Source: Acidimicrobiales bacterium
GTDB taxonomy: Bacteria; Actinomycetota; Acidimicrobiia; Acidimicrobiales; Aldehydirespiratoraceae
DNA length: 64,000 bases
Assembly (NCBI GenBank): GCA_029263175.1
Contig: JAJCXZ010000081.1
Location: 2,851-66,850 of the forward strand
Direction of reading: 5' to 3'
Position 1 is the stretch's first letter. Every line of letters starts with the position of its first letter. Below, one piece after another: positions 48,180 through 56,875 of the stretch. Under the pieces are notes generated by a model, which saw nothing but the letters and a program-made list of their open reading frames with translations, was not told the DNA's origin and did not search any database. The translations under genes and the position numbers were made by a program.

Positions 48180-49463
48180 GTGTCATCGACGTTTTCCCCC
48201 GATGCCGCACGAGCGATCGATGGGCCGTCGTGGCTGGTCGATCGACGTGTTGCGGCTGCAGAAGCGCTGAGCGAACGCGCTGTTCCCACGGTTGCCGACG
48301 AAGAGTGGCGGTACAGCCCGATCGCGGAGCTCGACCTCGACACCTTCGCGCCGTCAACCACGTTCGGCGATGCGCCCATGGCGCGCCTCGATGTGGAACC
48401 GGCTGCCACCGTCCGCTGTGTCAATGGCAAGGTCGTGTCAATCGAAGTCGACGCCCTGCTCGTCGAGCAGGGCGTGTTCGTCGGCCTGCTGGTCGATCAT
48501 GCCGACGGCGAAGCAGTGCTCGGTTCCGTCTCCGCCGACGCCGGCGACTACTTCACCGAGCTCAACGACGCGTTCACGCCCCACCCGGTTTTCATCAACG
48601 TTCCGAACGGTGTCACCGTCGATCGTCCGATCGTCATCACCCATCATGCCGCCGGCGACCACGGCGCCACGTTTTCCCGCCTCGTCGTCCGGGTCGGCAA
48701 GAACGCCCAGGCGACTGTCCTCGACCAGTACAGCAGTGACGACGGTGATGTCGTTCTGGCCTGCCCAGTAGTCGAACTCGACGTTGCACAAGCGGGCCGC
48801 CTCGGCTATCTCAACATCCAGGAGCTCGGCGACAGCACATGGCAGATCGCATCGCAGGTCGCTCGCGTCGAGCGCGACGCCACCATCTCCGCCGGAACCG
48901 CCGCCTTCGGTGGCGCCTATGCCCGCAGCCGTGCCGACACCCGCCTTGTCGGGCGCGGTGCCCACGGTGACCTTCAGGCCCTGTACTTCGGTGACGAGGG
49001 CCAGACGCTCGACTTCCGCACCTATCAGGACCATGTCGCTCCCGACACCACGTCCAACCTGCTCTACAAGGGTGTCGTGGCCGGCAAGTCTCGCAGTATC
49101 TACACCGGTCTCATCCGCGTCCGTCCCGACGCACGCGGCACCAACGCCTATCAGACGAACCGCAATCTCAAGTTGGGCGATGATGCCTGGGCCGAGTCCG
49201 TGCCGAACCTGGAGATCGAGAACAACGACGTCAAGTGCAGCCATGCCTCCACGGTGAGTCCGGTCGACGACGACCAGAGGTTCTACCTGGAGAGCCGTGG
49301 CGTGCCCACTGGCGAAGCAGAGCGTCTCATCGTGGCCGGCTTCCTCGACGAGGTCGTGACTGAACTTGCTGTCCCTTCGGCGGCTCAGGGCCTGCGCCGC
49401 TCGGTTGCCGTCAAGCTGGCCGCTCAGCGCTTCGCTGAATACGGAGTGGAGGACAGCGCATGA
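48180..49463 (+). CDS. sufD: Fe-S cluster assembly protein SufD
   Basis: GTG start; SufB/SufD beta-helix family with NRNLKLGDDAWAESVPNLEIENNDVKCSHAST block. Confidence 0.9.
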   Translation: MSSTFSPDAARAIDGPSWLVDRRVAAAEALSERAVPTVADEEWRYSPIAELDLDTFAPSTTFGDAPMARLDVEPAATVRCVNGKVVSIEVDALLVEQGVFVGLLVDHADGEAVLGSVSADAGDYFTELNDAFTPHPVFINVPNGVTVDRPIVITHHAAGDHGATFSRLVVRVGKNAQATVLDQYSSDDGDVVLACPVVELDVAQAGRLGYLNIQELGDSTWQIASQVARVERDATISAGTAAFGGAYARSRADTRLVGRGAHGDLQALYFGDEGQTLDFRTYQDHVAPDTTSNLLYKGVVAGKSRSIYTGLIRVRPDARGTNAYQTNRNLKLGDDAWAESVPNLEIENNDVKCSHASTVSPVDDDQRFYLESRGVPTGEAERLIVAGFLDEVVTELAVPSAAQGLRRSVAVKLAAQRFAEYGVEDSA

Positions 49464-49795
49464 GCGTTCATGACCTGTTCGCCATCGACGAGATCGATCC
49501 CGGGACCGCCCGCAAGGTGGTGCTCGAGGGTCGCGAAATCGCCCTGATCCGGCTCGGCGACGATGTCTACGCCCTCGGCGACACCTGCAGCCACGACGAT
49601 GTCTCGCTCTCCGAAGGCTTCGTCGAAGAGGATGAATGCGCCATCGAGTGCTCAAAGCACGGCGCCCTGTTCGACCTGAAGACCGGTGAACCGTTGAGCC
49701 TTCCCGCTGTTCGCGCAGTACCGGTGTACGCCGTCGCTGTCGTCGACGGCCGGGTAGAGCTCACCATCGAACAAGCGGCGAAGGAGTCACAATGA
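49460..49795 (+). CDS. Rieske (2Fe-2S) ferredoxin-like protein embedded in the suf operon
   Basis: CSHDDVSL...CSKHGALF (CxH...CxxH) Rieske ligands; position between sufD and sufC as in many actinobacteria. Confidence 0.85.
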   Translation: MSVHDLFAIDEIDPGTARKVVLEGREIALIRLGDDVYALGDTCSHDDVSLSEGFVEEDECAIECSKHGALFDLKTGEPLSLPAVRAVPVYAVAVVDGRVELTIEQAAKESQ

Positions 49796-50580
49796 GCGAG
49801 CTCATCATCGAAGGCCTGTGCGCTTCTGTCGAAGGCAAGGAAATCCTCAAGGGCGTCGACCTCGTCGTGAAGTCCGGTGAGGTCGCCGCGGTCATGGGCC
49901 CCAACGGCTCGGGCAAGTCCACGCTTTCTCACGTGATTGCCGGTCGACCCGGCTATGAGGTCACCGGTGGGTCAGTCCGTATCGACGACCTCGAGCTGCT
50001 CGATTTGCCGACGTGGAAACGCGCCGAAGCCGGCCTCTTCCTCGCCATGCAGTACCCGACCGAGGTTCCCGGTGTCGCGCTGAGAGACCTGTTGCGTGCC
50101 TCCGCCCGCACCTCCGACGACCCCGAGGAGATCGAGAGTCGGATGCAGGCCGAGGCCGAGCGCATCGGATTCGGTGCCCAGTTCCTCGAGCGCCCACTCA
50201 ACGTCGACCTTTCCGGCGGCGAGAAGAAGCGCAACGAGACGCTTCAGCTCGGGGTGTTGCGACCCGCCTTTGCGATCCTCGATGAGCTCGACTCCGGTCT
50301 CGACGTCGATGCATTGCGCATCGTGAGCGCTCGAATCGAGCAGGCGACCGAGGAAGACGGACTCGGCGTTCTGGCCATCACCCACTACTCGCGCCTCTTC
50401 GATGAGCTCCGCCCTGACACAGTCCACGTGTTCGCCGACGGTCGTATTCGGGAATCCGGTGGACCCAGGCTCGCCACGGAGCTCGAAGAGACCGGTTACG
50501 AACGATGGGTTCAGCCTGCCGCAGCCACCAAGCCCTCCCCGGCATTGTCCGACGACCCGTTCGCCGATCCCCTCGGTTGA
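49792..50580 (+). CDS. sufC: Fe-S cluster assembly ATPase SufC (copy 1)
   Basis: GPNGSGKST, LSGGEKKRNE, AILDELDSGLD, ITHY; has an about 20-aa Pro/Ala-rich C-terminal tail. Confidence 0.9.
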   Translation: MSELIIEGLCASVEGKEILKGVDLVVKSGEVAAVMGPNGSGKSTLSHVIAGRPGYEVTGGSVRIDDLELLDLPTWKRAEAGLFLAMQYPTEVPGVALRDLLRASARTSDDPEEIESRMQAEAERIGFGAQFLERPLNVDLSGGEKKRNETLQLGVLRPAFAILDELDSGLDVDALRIVSARIEQATEEDGLGVLAITHYSRLFDELRPDTVHVFADGRIRESGGPRLATELEETGYERWVQPAAATKPSPALSDDPFADPLG

Positions 50581-50598
50581 TCTGACACAATCGCAGTC

Positions 50599-50883
50599 AT
50601 GCCCGGGACACTGTTGACCGAAGACGAGATCGACGAGATGCTGCGGTCCCATCCGGAGTGGGCCCAGGTCGGCGAAGGCCTCGAGCGAACCATCGACTTT
50701 GGTTCATTCGTGGCGGCGTTCGCGTTCATGACCGACGTTGCCCTGGTCAGCGAGGAACTCTTCCACCACCCTGAGTGGAGCAACGTCTACGGCACGGTCC
50801 ACATGCGCATCACTGATCACGACGCCGGCGGAATCTCGACCAACGACCGGGCGTGGATCGAGCGAGTCGACGCGGTTGGCTAG
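50599..50883 (+). CDS. phhB: 4a-hydroxytetrahydrobiopterin (pterin-4-alpha-carbinolamine) dehydratase
   Basis: 94-aa; F..AFAFM..VA..SEELFHHPEWSNVY..V...TDHDAGGIS pattern of the PCD/DCoH family. Confidence 0.85.
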   Translation: MPGTLLTEDEIDEMLRSHPEWAQVGEGLERTIDFGSFVAAFAFMTDVALVSEELFHHPEWSNVYGTVHMRITDHDAGGISTNDRAWIERVDAVG

Positions 50884-51857
50884 AGATCTCCGGCGGGTGA
50901 GATTTCTGTGCTGAATGGTCCCTCCACCGAGGCGTAGAGCTTCACCGAGGTCGCCGTTTGCAATCCGTAGTACACGAATTGCCCGACGATGTTGATCAGG
51001 ATGCCGATCAGCGGGATCAGATTGACCACGCCGAGCACGACGTTGATGGCGAACAAGATGAGGTTCACGACGAGCACGCGTAGTGCCACGGTGCCCCATT
51101 GATTTCTTACGAGCGCCCGCGCGGTTCGAAAGGGAGGCCGGTCAACGGGGCCGAGAAAGAGGCCGGCGCCGGCAATAGTCATGATGGGAAAGAGGTAGAT
51201 GACAGCAGCGATCGTCAGTGGGATCACGGCGACAAGTGAGATTGGTGTCAGTGCGAACGCCAATGCAACCAGCAGGACAAGAGGGAGGAATCCGACCAAG
51301 CCCCACAGGATGGTGATTCCGACCCAGCGCAGGAGCCGCTTCATCGCAAACCGGAAACAGTCCCCTACACCAACCTGTTGTCCTTGATGCGCAGCGCCGA
51401 GCAAGAGTGTGCTTGTACCGGTGCCGACAAATATTGCAAGTGTCACGATCAATGAACCGGCGAGCGCCAGCGCTACGAACGATGCGCTGAAGCTGAACTC
51501 GATGCTGTCGAGAAAGGCTTGGTCGGCGGGATTGGCATCGGCGTCGAAACCTGAGCTGAGAACTCGATCGGCGATGTCGAAGACATCCGGGTCAAGCGCC
51601 GAGATCATGGCGTAGATGAGAAGAGCTGCACCGACCAGTGCGATCAGAAAAGTGACCGCCCCGATTCCGAGGAGCGACGTCCAATTGTTCTTGAAGAGCT
51701 CCCAGCCGGAGGCGATGATTCCGGTGCCGCTGTTGTCTTCGTACTGTGGCGGCCCCGCCTTGGGTGAACGATGCTCGGTCCACTCAGCGCCGTCCCAGTA
51801 CCGAAACATGTCCCGGCGCTCGGGATCATCGAACCAGCCGGCTGGAGGAAGACTCAT
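50880..51857 (-). CDS. DUF2510-type N-terminal motif fused to a polytopic membrane domain
   Basis: Start ATG 51857 (MSLPPAGWFDDPERRDMFRYWDGAEWTEH), followed by about 6 TM helices. Confidence 0.65.
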   Translation of the reverse strand: MSLPPAGWFDDPERRDMFRYWDGAEWTEHRSPKAGPPQYEDNSGTGIIASGWELFKNNWTSLLGIGAVTFLIALVGAALLIYAMISALDPDVFDIADRVLSSGFDADANPADQAFLDSIEFSFSASFVALALAGSLIVTLAIFVGTGTSTLLLGAAHQGQQVGVGDCFRFAMKRLLRWVGITILWGLVGFLPLVLLVALAFALTPISLVAVIPLTIAAVIYLFPIMTIAGAGLFLGPVDRPPFRTARALVRNQWGTVALRVLVVNLILFAINVVLGVVNLIPLIGILINIVGQFVYYGLQTATSVKLYASVEGPFSTEISPAGDL

Positions 51858-51897
51858 AGCGGGGGAGGGTAGTGGGCACGACCCGTAGGATCGGTTC

Positions 51898-52569
51898 ATG
51901 ATCCCCGAGAAGTTCGAGCAATTCGTCGATCCGGTCGACGGCACGAAGTGGAATGTCGACATGGGGTTCCTCTCGTCGTCATGGCGCTGCGTCTGGGGTG
52001 AGGGGTGCCAAGGCATTCTCGACGAGCCTGCCGAGGCGCTTCAGCAGGGTTGTTGCTCCGTCGGAGTCGAGTTGTTCGACGAGGACGAAGCAATGCTGAT
52101 CTCCGCGCTCGCCCCCACCATCGACCCTGGGCGGTGGCAGTTCGCGGCGACTGCGGCCGAGTCAGGCATCTTCCGAGATGACAAGCGCGACCACACGGCG
52201 TTGGTCGACGGCGCGTGCATCTTTCTCAATCGGGTCGACTTCGCCGGCGGTGCCGGTTGCGCCCTTCATCTGCAGGCGGAGGCAGATGGCGAGCGGCCGA
52301 TGGACTGGAAGCCTGCCGTGTGTTGGCAGCTTCCGCTTCGGGCCGAGGGTGCCGATGGCGACGTCGCCACACTGCGGCGGTGGACGCGAGCGGACTGGGG
52401 CACCGACGCCACGATGGCGTGGTGTTGTACCGAGGAGGCCGCCGCGTTCGTCGGTGACAAGCCGGTTGCCGAATCATTGGCGGGCGAGCTCGAAGCCCTG
52501 GTCGGGCCTGACGTGGCCGTGATGATCACAAGGCGGGCGATGCTGCAGTCTCCGGCGGATTCGGAATAG
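51898..52569 (+). CDS. conserved-looking Cys-rich hypothetical protein
   Basis: 223-aa ORF; WRCVWGEGCQGI, QGCCSVG, GACIFLN, GGAGCALH, AVCWQLP cysteine clusters suggest metal/Fe-S binding; family not recognised. Confidence 0.55.
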   Translation: MIPEKFEQFVDPVDGTKWNVDMGFLSSSWRCVWGEGCQGILDEPAEALQQGCCSVGVELFDEDEAMLISALAPTIDPGRWQFAATAAESGIFRDDKRDHTALVDGACIFLNRVDFAGGAGCALHLQAEADGERPMDWKPAVCWQLPLRAEGADGDVATLRRWTRADWGTDATMAWCCTEEAAAFVGDKPVAESLAGELEALVGPDVAVMITRRAMLQSPADSE

Positions 52570-53290
52570 CGAGGTAGTCCTCGGCGGGAATTCGCACGAG
52601 TCCCACCAGGCCGAGGAGATCGCGATCCTCGTCCGTGAGGTCTTCTATGGACCGTTCGACCGCGTCGAAGATTGTCTCGGCGTCGTTGCCGTTGGCAGTG
52701 ATCAGAGGAAGCCCGGGGGTGGGGTCGGTCCACTCCAGCACGCGGAGTCGGGTGGCGAACGGCTCGTACCGAGCGATCAGCCGCCACGACACGGCATCCA
52801 GCGAGGCAATATCGGCGGCTCCTTCTGCGACCGAACGCGCCGATCGGACATGTTGTTCGGTGTGGACGAGGTCGTCGAACCACCAGCCGTGGTCGGCAAG
52901 GTGGTTGTAGACCGCGGCGAAGCCGGACTGCGAGAACGTCTGGTTGTAGGCCAGGCGGGCATCGCGAAACTCATCGATCCTCAAGCGGGTGTCGTCGGCG
53001 CGAACGACGAGTGGACTTCGGTAGTAGCCGGGTGGGCAACCATCGATCCCGAAGTCGGGAGTGCCGACCAGCGTCACTTCGCCGTGGAGCCAAAGTCGAT
53101 ACGGCATGCCGCAGGTCTGGCTCACGAGCAGCTCGGGGTGCTGCCACACGACGAACTCGTCTTCGTCTTGCGACAGCGCCGGGGGACTGTCGATTCCGTG
53201 GGTGGCGAGGTTCGACCGGATGAGTGTCCAGTATCGATCGTGGGCGGCCTCGAGCTCCGGCCGGCGGTACATCATCAAGCTGGCGATCAT
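52526..53290 (-). CDS. PhnD/SsuA-like (periplasmic-binding-protein fold) protein without signal peptide
   Basis: MIASLMMYRRPELEAAHDRYW...SQTCGMPY pattern seen in phosphonate-binding-like proteins; call tentative. Confidence 0.5.
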   Translation of the reverse strand: MIASLMMYRRPELEAAHDRYWTLIRSNLATHGIDSPPALSQDEDEFVVWQHPELLVSQTCGMPYRLWLHGEVTLVGTPDFGIDGCPPGYYRSPLVVRADDTRLRIDEFRDARLAYNQTFSQSGFAAVYNHLADHGWWFDDLVHTEQHVRSARSVAEGAADIASLDAVSWRLIARYEPFATRLRVLEWTDPTPGLPLITANGNDAETIFDAVERSIEDLTDEDRDLLGLVGLVRIPAEDYLAIPNPPETAASPAL

Positions 53291-54957
53291 TCAGTGGCTC
53301 CCATGCCTCGGCACATGCACGACGATGTGATCGCCGTGTCGGTTCTGGCCAGGGCCTCGTCGAGCTTTGCCTGGAGCACAGCGAGTTCGGGCGACTCGCC
53401 CCGGCGGCGGACACACTCGACGAGTCCGTGGAGGGCCCATACATTGTCTGGGTGCTGGGCGCACCGTTGCACGTCGTCGGTGAGTCCGAGATCGGCTCGG
53501 CAGACAGCTTCGGCCTCGTCGTAGTGCCCTTGTTCGGTCAACAGAGCCGCCAATGCGTGTCGCGGTGGATGCATCCACGCCCACGGCTCGGTATAGCCCA
53601 GGTCATCGTCTCGGCGGACGGCTTCGCGCAAGCTGACGAAGGCGGCGTCGTGGTTGCCCTTGTGGTACTCGACCTCCCCGTCCAGCATCATTTCGCCGAC
53701 CCCGAGAATGGTGTGGGCGGCATTGTTGAAGAACCGCCGCTCGGCGGGAATCCGGCTGAGCGCGCGGGCGAACGCTCTGCGTTCCGTGTCCGCCGCAACG
53801 AACTGCTTCAGCGTGGCGCGGGCGATTCCCTTGGCGTAGTGGTGCATGGCGGTCGACACGCAGTAGAGGTCCGCGTCGGCGGGCATCGGTTCGTCGATGA
53901 TCTCTTGCCATCGGCCGAACCGCACCAGCACGTGCATCTTCATGGAGTAGTAGCCCTCCATCGTGATGGCCAACTGCGGTTTGTCCTCCACGCCGAGCAC
54001 CTCGCGGGTGAGCGTGGCGCACATCTTCTCGGCCGCTGCCATCGCCGGTTCGAACTGGCCGAGCAACATGCACGTGTACATCATGAGATGGAGGTCGTGG
54101 CAACGGGCCGCGGTGTAGAAGTTGAACGGGCCGGCGTAGTCGACGTACATGTCGTCGGCCTGAATCGCTTTCTCGCTGGCCGCCTTCGCCTTCGCGTACT
54201 CGCCGCAGAGGACGTAGGTGTGGCCGGGCATGTGATTCAGGTGCCCGGCGTCGGGACACATCGTGAAGAGAAGGCCGGCGGCTCGCATCGATCGCTCCGG
54301 TTCGGTCGACATCTCCGTCGTGTGGATGTGGAGATGCAGGATGGCGGGATGCTGTGGATCGCCGACCTCGTCCTTCAGCCTGATCGATCGGTCGAGCACC
54401 GTCAGGGCTTCCATGGTGTCGGCGCCGGTCATTGGCGCGCCCGACTTCACGTCCCAGAGCTTCCACGGCGTTCGGGTGATCATCGCCTCGACGAAGACGG
54501 CCATGACGTCGTGGTCATCGGGGAACCGCTCGTAGACCTCACGCATGGCGGCGGCATAGTCATCGTCCCATCGATCGAACTCGTCGCCGGTCACGCCGTG
54601 CGGCTTCTGGAATCGCCGTGCCATCGCCTCGACGAGTGCGTTCTCGACATCGGTTGCGGTGGGCGCGAGCCTACGGGCGGCGTGGATGTGGCCATGACCG
54701 AACGCAGTGGCTTCGTCGGCCTCAACCCGACTGAACTGTCGCCAGACATAGTTGAGGAACGGACCGGCCCCCAGGGCCGCACCCCAGTGCGCCATCACAC
54801 ATTCGGGGTCGTGTTGGAGAGCTCGCTCGAAGCACTTCACGCCTTCTTCGTGATTGAACCCGTAGACCCAGTTGAGGCCGAGGTCGAACCACCGCTGCGC
54901 TGCGGGCGAAGTCGTTGAGATCGTTCGAGTGTGTGCGCCGAGATCGAAGCGGTCCAT
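53287..54957 (-). CDS. TPR repeat-containing protein
   Basis: 556-aa ORF; N-terminal AQRWFDLGLNWVYGFNHEEGVKCFERALQHDPECVMAHWG and further TPR-like helices. Confidence 0.7.
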   Translation of the reverse strand: MDRFDLGAHTRTISTTSPAAQRWFDLGLNWVYGFNHEEGVKCFERALQHDPECVMAHWGAALGAGPFLNYVWRQFSRVEADEATAFGHGHIHAARRLAPTATDVENALVEAMARRFQKPHGVTGDEFDRWDDDYAAAMREVYERFPDDHDVMAVFVEAMITRTPWKLWDVKSGAPMTGADTMEALTVLDRSIRLKDEVGDPQHPAILHLHIHTTEMSTEPERSMRAAGLLFTMCPDAGHLNHMPGHTYVLCGEYAKAKAASEKAIQADDMYVDYAGPFNFYTAARCHDLHLMMYTCMLLGQFEPAMAAAEKMCATLTREVLGVEDKPQLAITMEGYYSMKMHVLVRFGRWQEIIDEPMPADADLYCVSTAMHHYAKGIARATLKQFVAADTERRAFARALSRIPAERRFFNNAAHTILGVGEMMLDGEVEYHKGNHDAAFVSLREAVRRDDDLGYTEPWAWMHPPRHALAALLTEQGHYDEAEAVCRADLGLTDDVQRCAQHPDNVWALHGLVECVRRRGESPELAVLQAKLDEALARTDTAITSSCMCRGMGATE

Positions 54958-54981
54958 CGCCCGCTGACGCTACAGCTCGAC
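54951..54981. repeat. direct repeat copy A (covers the TPR gene start)
   Basis: GGTCCATCGCCCGCTGACGCTACAGCTCGAC; 29/31 identical to 59798..59828, similarity extends about 16 nt further into coding sequence. Confidence 0.8.
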
Positions 54982-55070
54982 ACCGCAGTGATGCGTCTGA
55001 CAGTGAGCTGACAGCGATCTGAGGAGGTGGTGGATCAGTGTTCGCTTCACACCCATCAGAGGAGAAACTA

Positions 55071-56027
55071 ATGACCAACGCAAGCCCCACCAGACTTCCC
55101 CAGTTCTCGGGGAAGACGATGCTGACTGATGGCGGCCTCGAGACAGTCCTCATCTTCGACATGGGTTTCGACCTGCCTGAATTCGCGGCCTTTCCCCTGC
55201 TCGATTCTGCGCGCGGACGCAGCGGTCTCGACTCCTACTACGCAGACTTCATCGACGTTGCCATCGCCCATCGGGTTGGCATCGTTCTCGAGACACCCAC
55301 CTGGCGAGCGTCTGCGGACTGGGGCAGGAAGCTCGGCTACGACGCCGATGACCTCAACCGTGTCAACCGTGATGCAGTGACGTTCATCCGCGGGATCGCC
55401 GATCGCCGGACCACCGACACAACCCCGATCGTGGTGAGCGGATCCGTCGGGCCACGCGGCGATGGGTACGTGCCTGGTGAGCAGATGACAATTGCCGAGG
55501 CCGCGGCCTTTCATGCTCCGCAGATGGCCAGCCTCGCAGATGCGGGTGCCGACATGGTGTCGATCATCACGGTGCCGTACATGGAGGAGGGCATCGGGGC
55601 TGCGAAGGCGGCCGCTTCGATCGGTATCCCGATCGTCGTCGCCTTCACGGTCGAGACGGACGGCCGCCTCCCGACCGGACAGGCACTCGGCGCAGCCATC
55701 GAGGAAGCGGACCAGGCGACCGCCGGCTATCCGGCGGCGTATGGCATCAACTGCGCCCATCCGGACCACTTCGCCGAAACGATTGCCGCGGGGGGAGCTT
55801 GGCGTGATCGCATCGGGTTGATACGCGCGAACGCTTCGCGAATGAGTCACGAGGAGCTGGACAACGCAGAGGAGCTCGATGCAGGCGATCCCGACGAACT
55901 CGGATCGCAGTACCGCGAGCTTCGTGAGGTCCTTCCGTCATTGACGGTCATGGGAGGTTGCTGCGGGACCGACGCCCGTCACGTTGCCGCAATCGGAGCT
56001 GCATGCCTCGACCCGGTTGTCAGGTGA
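55071..56027 (+). CDS. homocysteine S-methyltransferase family protein
   Basis: Start ATG 55071 with AGAGGAG SD; TDGGLET, INCAHP and MGGCCGT zinc-ligand motifs. Confidence 0.85.
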   Translation: MTNASPTRLPQFSGKTMLTDGGLETVLIFDMGFDLPEFAAFPLLDSARGRSGLDSYYADFIDVAIAHRVGIVLETPTWRASADWGRKLGYDADDLNRVNRDAVTFIRGIADRRTTDTTPIVVSGSVGPRGDGYVPGEQMTIAEAAAFHAPQMASLADAGADMVSIITVPYMEEGIGAAKAAASIGIPIVVAFTVETDGRLPTGQALGAAIEEADQATAGYPAAYGINCAHPDHFAETIAAGGAWRDRIGLIRANASRMSHEELDNAEELDAGDPDELGSQYRELREVLPSLTVMGGCCGTDARHVAAIGAACLDPVVR

Positions 56028-56875
56028 TGGCCGCTGTCACAAGGCTTGAAGGCGACGCGCCAACGAGCCGGATGCTCTCCGCACTCAAGGACAACGGGGC
56101 CGTCGTTCTTCACAACCTCATCGATACGGCGACCATCCACCGGATCGCCAACGAAGTCGACCCCTACCTCCACGCGGCCGACCCGGCCATGACACACGTG
56201 AACGGTGTCCTCCAGGAGTTCTTCGCCGGCGTCCGCAATGTCACCGGGTTGGCCGGGAAGTCACCGACCTTCGTCGATGAGGTGCTGCTCCATCCTTCGC
56301 TGCTTGGCGTGGCCGATGGGCTGCTGGGGGAGAACTCTGCAAGCGTTGCGCTGAATGTGGCCCACCTCATGGCCCGAGAACCAGGCGCCGAACGTCAGTG
56401 GGTCCACCGGGATCAGGAGGTGTGGTCGTACCTTCCCGAATCGTTTCCCGATGTGGAGGTTTCGATCGTGCTCGCACTCGGAGACTTCAGCAAGGAGAAC
56501 GGCGCCACCGCAGTCGTCCCCGGCAGCCACCGTTGGGACCTTGGCCGTCGCCCCGAGGAAGACGAGATCGCGTATGCCGAAATGCCGGCTGGAAGCGCGG
56601 TTCTCTATCTCGGGTCGACGCTTCATGCGGGCGGAGCGAACACCACCTCCTCACGCCGCGTCGGCGTTCACATGAGCTATGTCGCGGGGTGGCTCCGAAC
56701 CGAGGAGAACAACTGTCTGGCCACACCACCATCGGTGGCGTGCCGGCTCCCCAGGAGAGCGCAGGAGCTTCTCGGGTACGGCATGCATGACGCCACGAGT
56801 GTCGGCGGGGGCTTCCTCGGTTGTGTGGATCTTCAGGACCCTGTCGACCTGTTGGCCGTGGGGAAACTCGGCTAG
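56027..56875 (+). CDS. phytanoyl-CoA dioxygenase (PhyH) family oxygenase (second copy)
   Basis: ATG overlaps upstream TGA; HRDQ..., VVPGSHRW, LHAGGAN motifs; same family as 982..1839. Confidence 0.8.
   Translation: MAAVTRLEGDAPTSRMLSALKDNGAVVLHNLIDTATIHRIANEVDPYLHAADPAMTHVNGVLQEFFAGVRNVTGLAGKSPTFVDEVLLHPSLLGVADGLLGENSASVALNVAHLMAREPGAERQWVHRDQEVWSYLPESFPDVEVSIVLALGDFSKENGATAVVPGSHRWDLGRRPEEDEIAYAEMPAGSAVLYLGSTLHAGGANTTSSRRVGVHMSYVAGWLRTEENNCLATPPSVACRLPRRAQELLGYGMHDATSVGGGFLGCVDLQDPVDLLAVGKLG

Noticed and set aside
53224-54918. 564-aa plus-strand ORF
   Set aside because: Antisense to the TPR protein gene, which has a clear start, repeat structure and operon coupling. The composition is typical of GC-frame artefacts.
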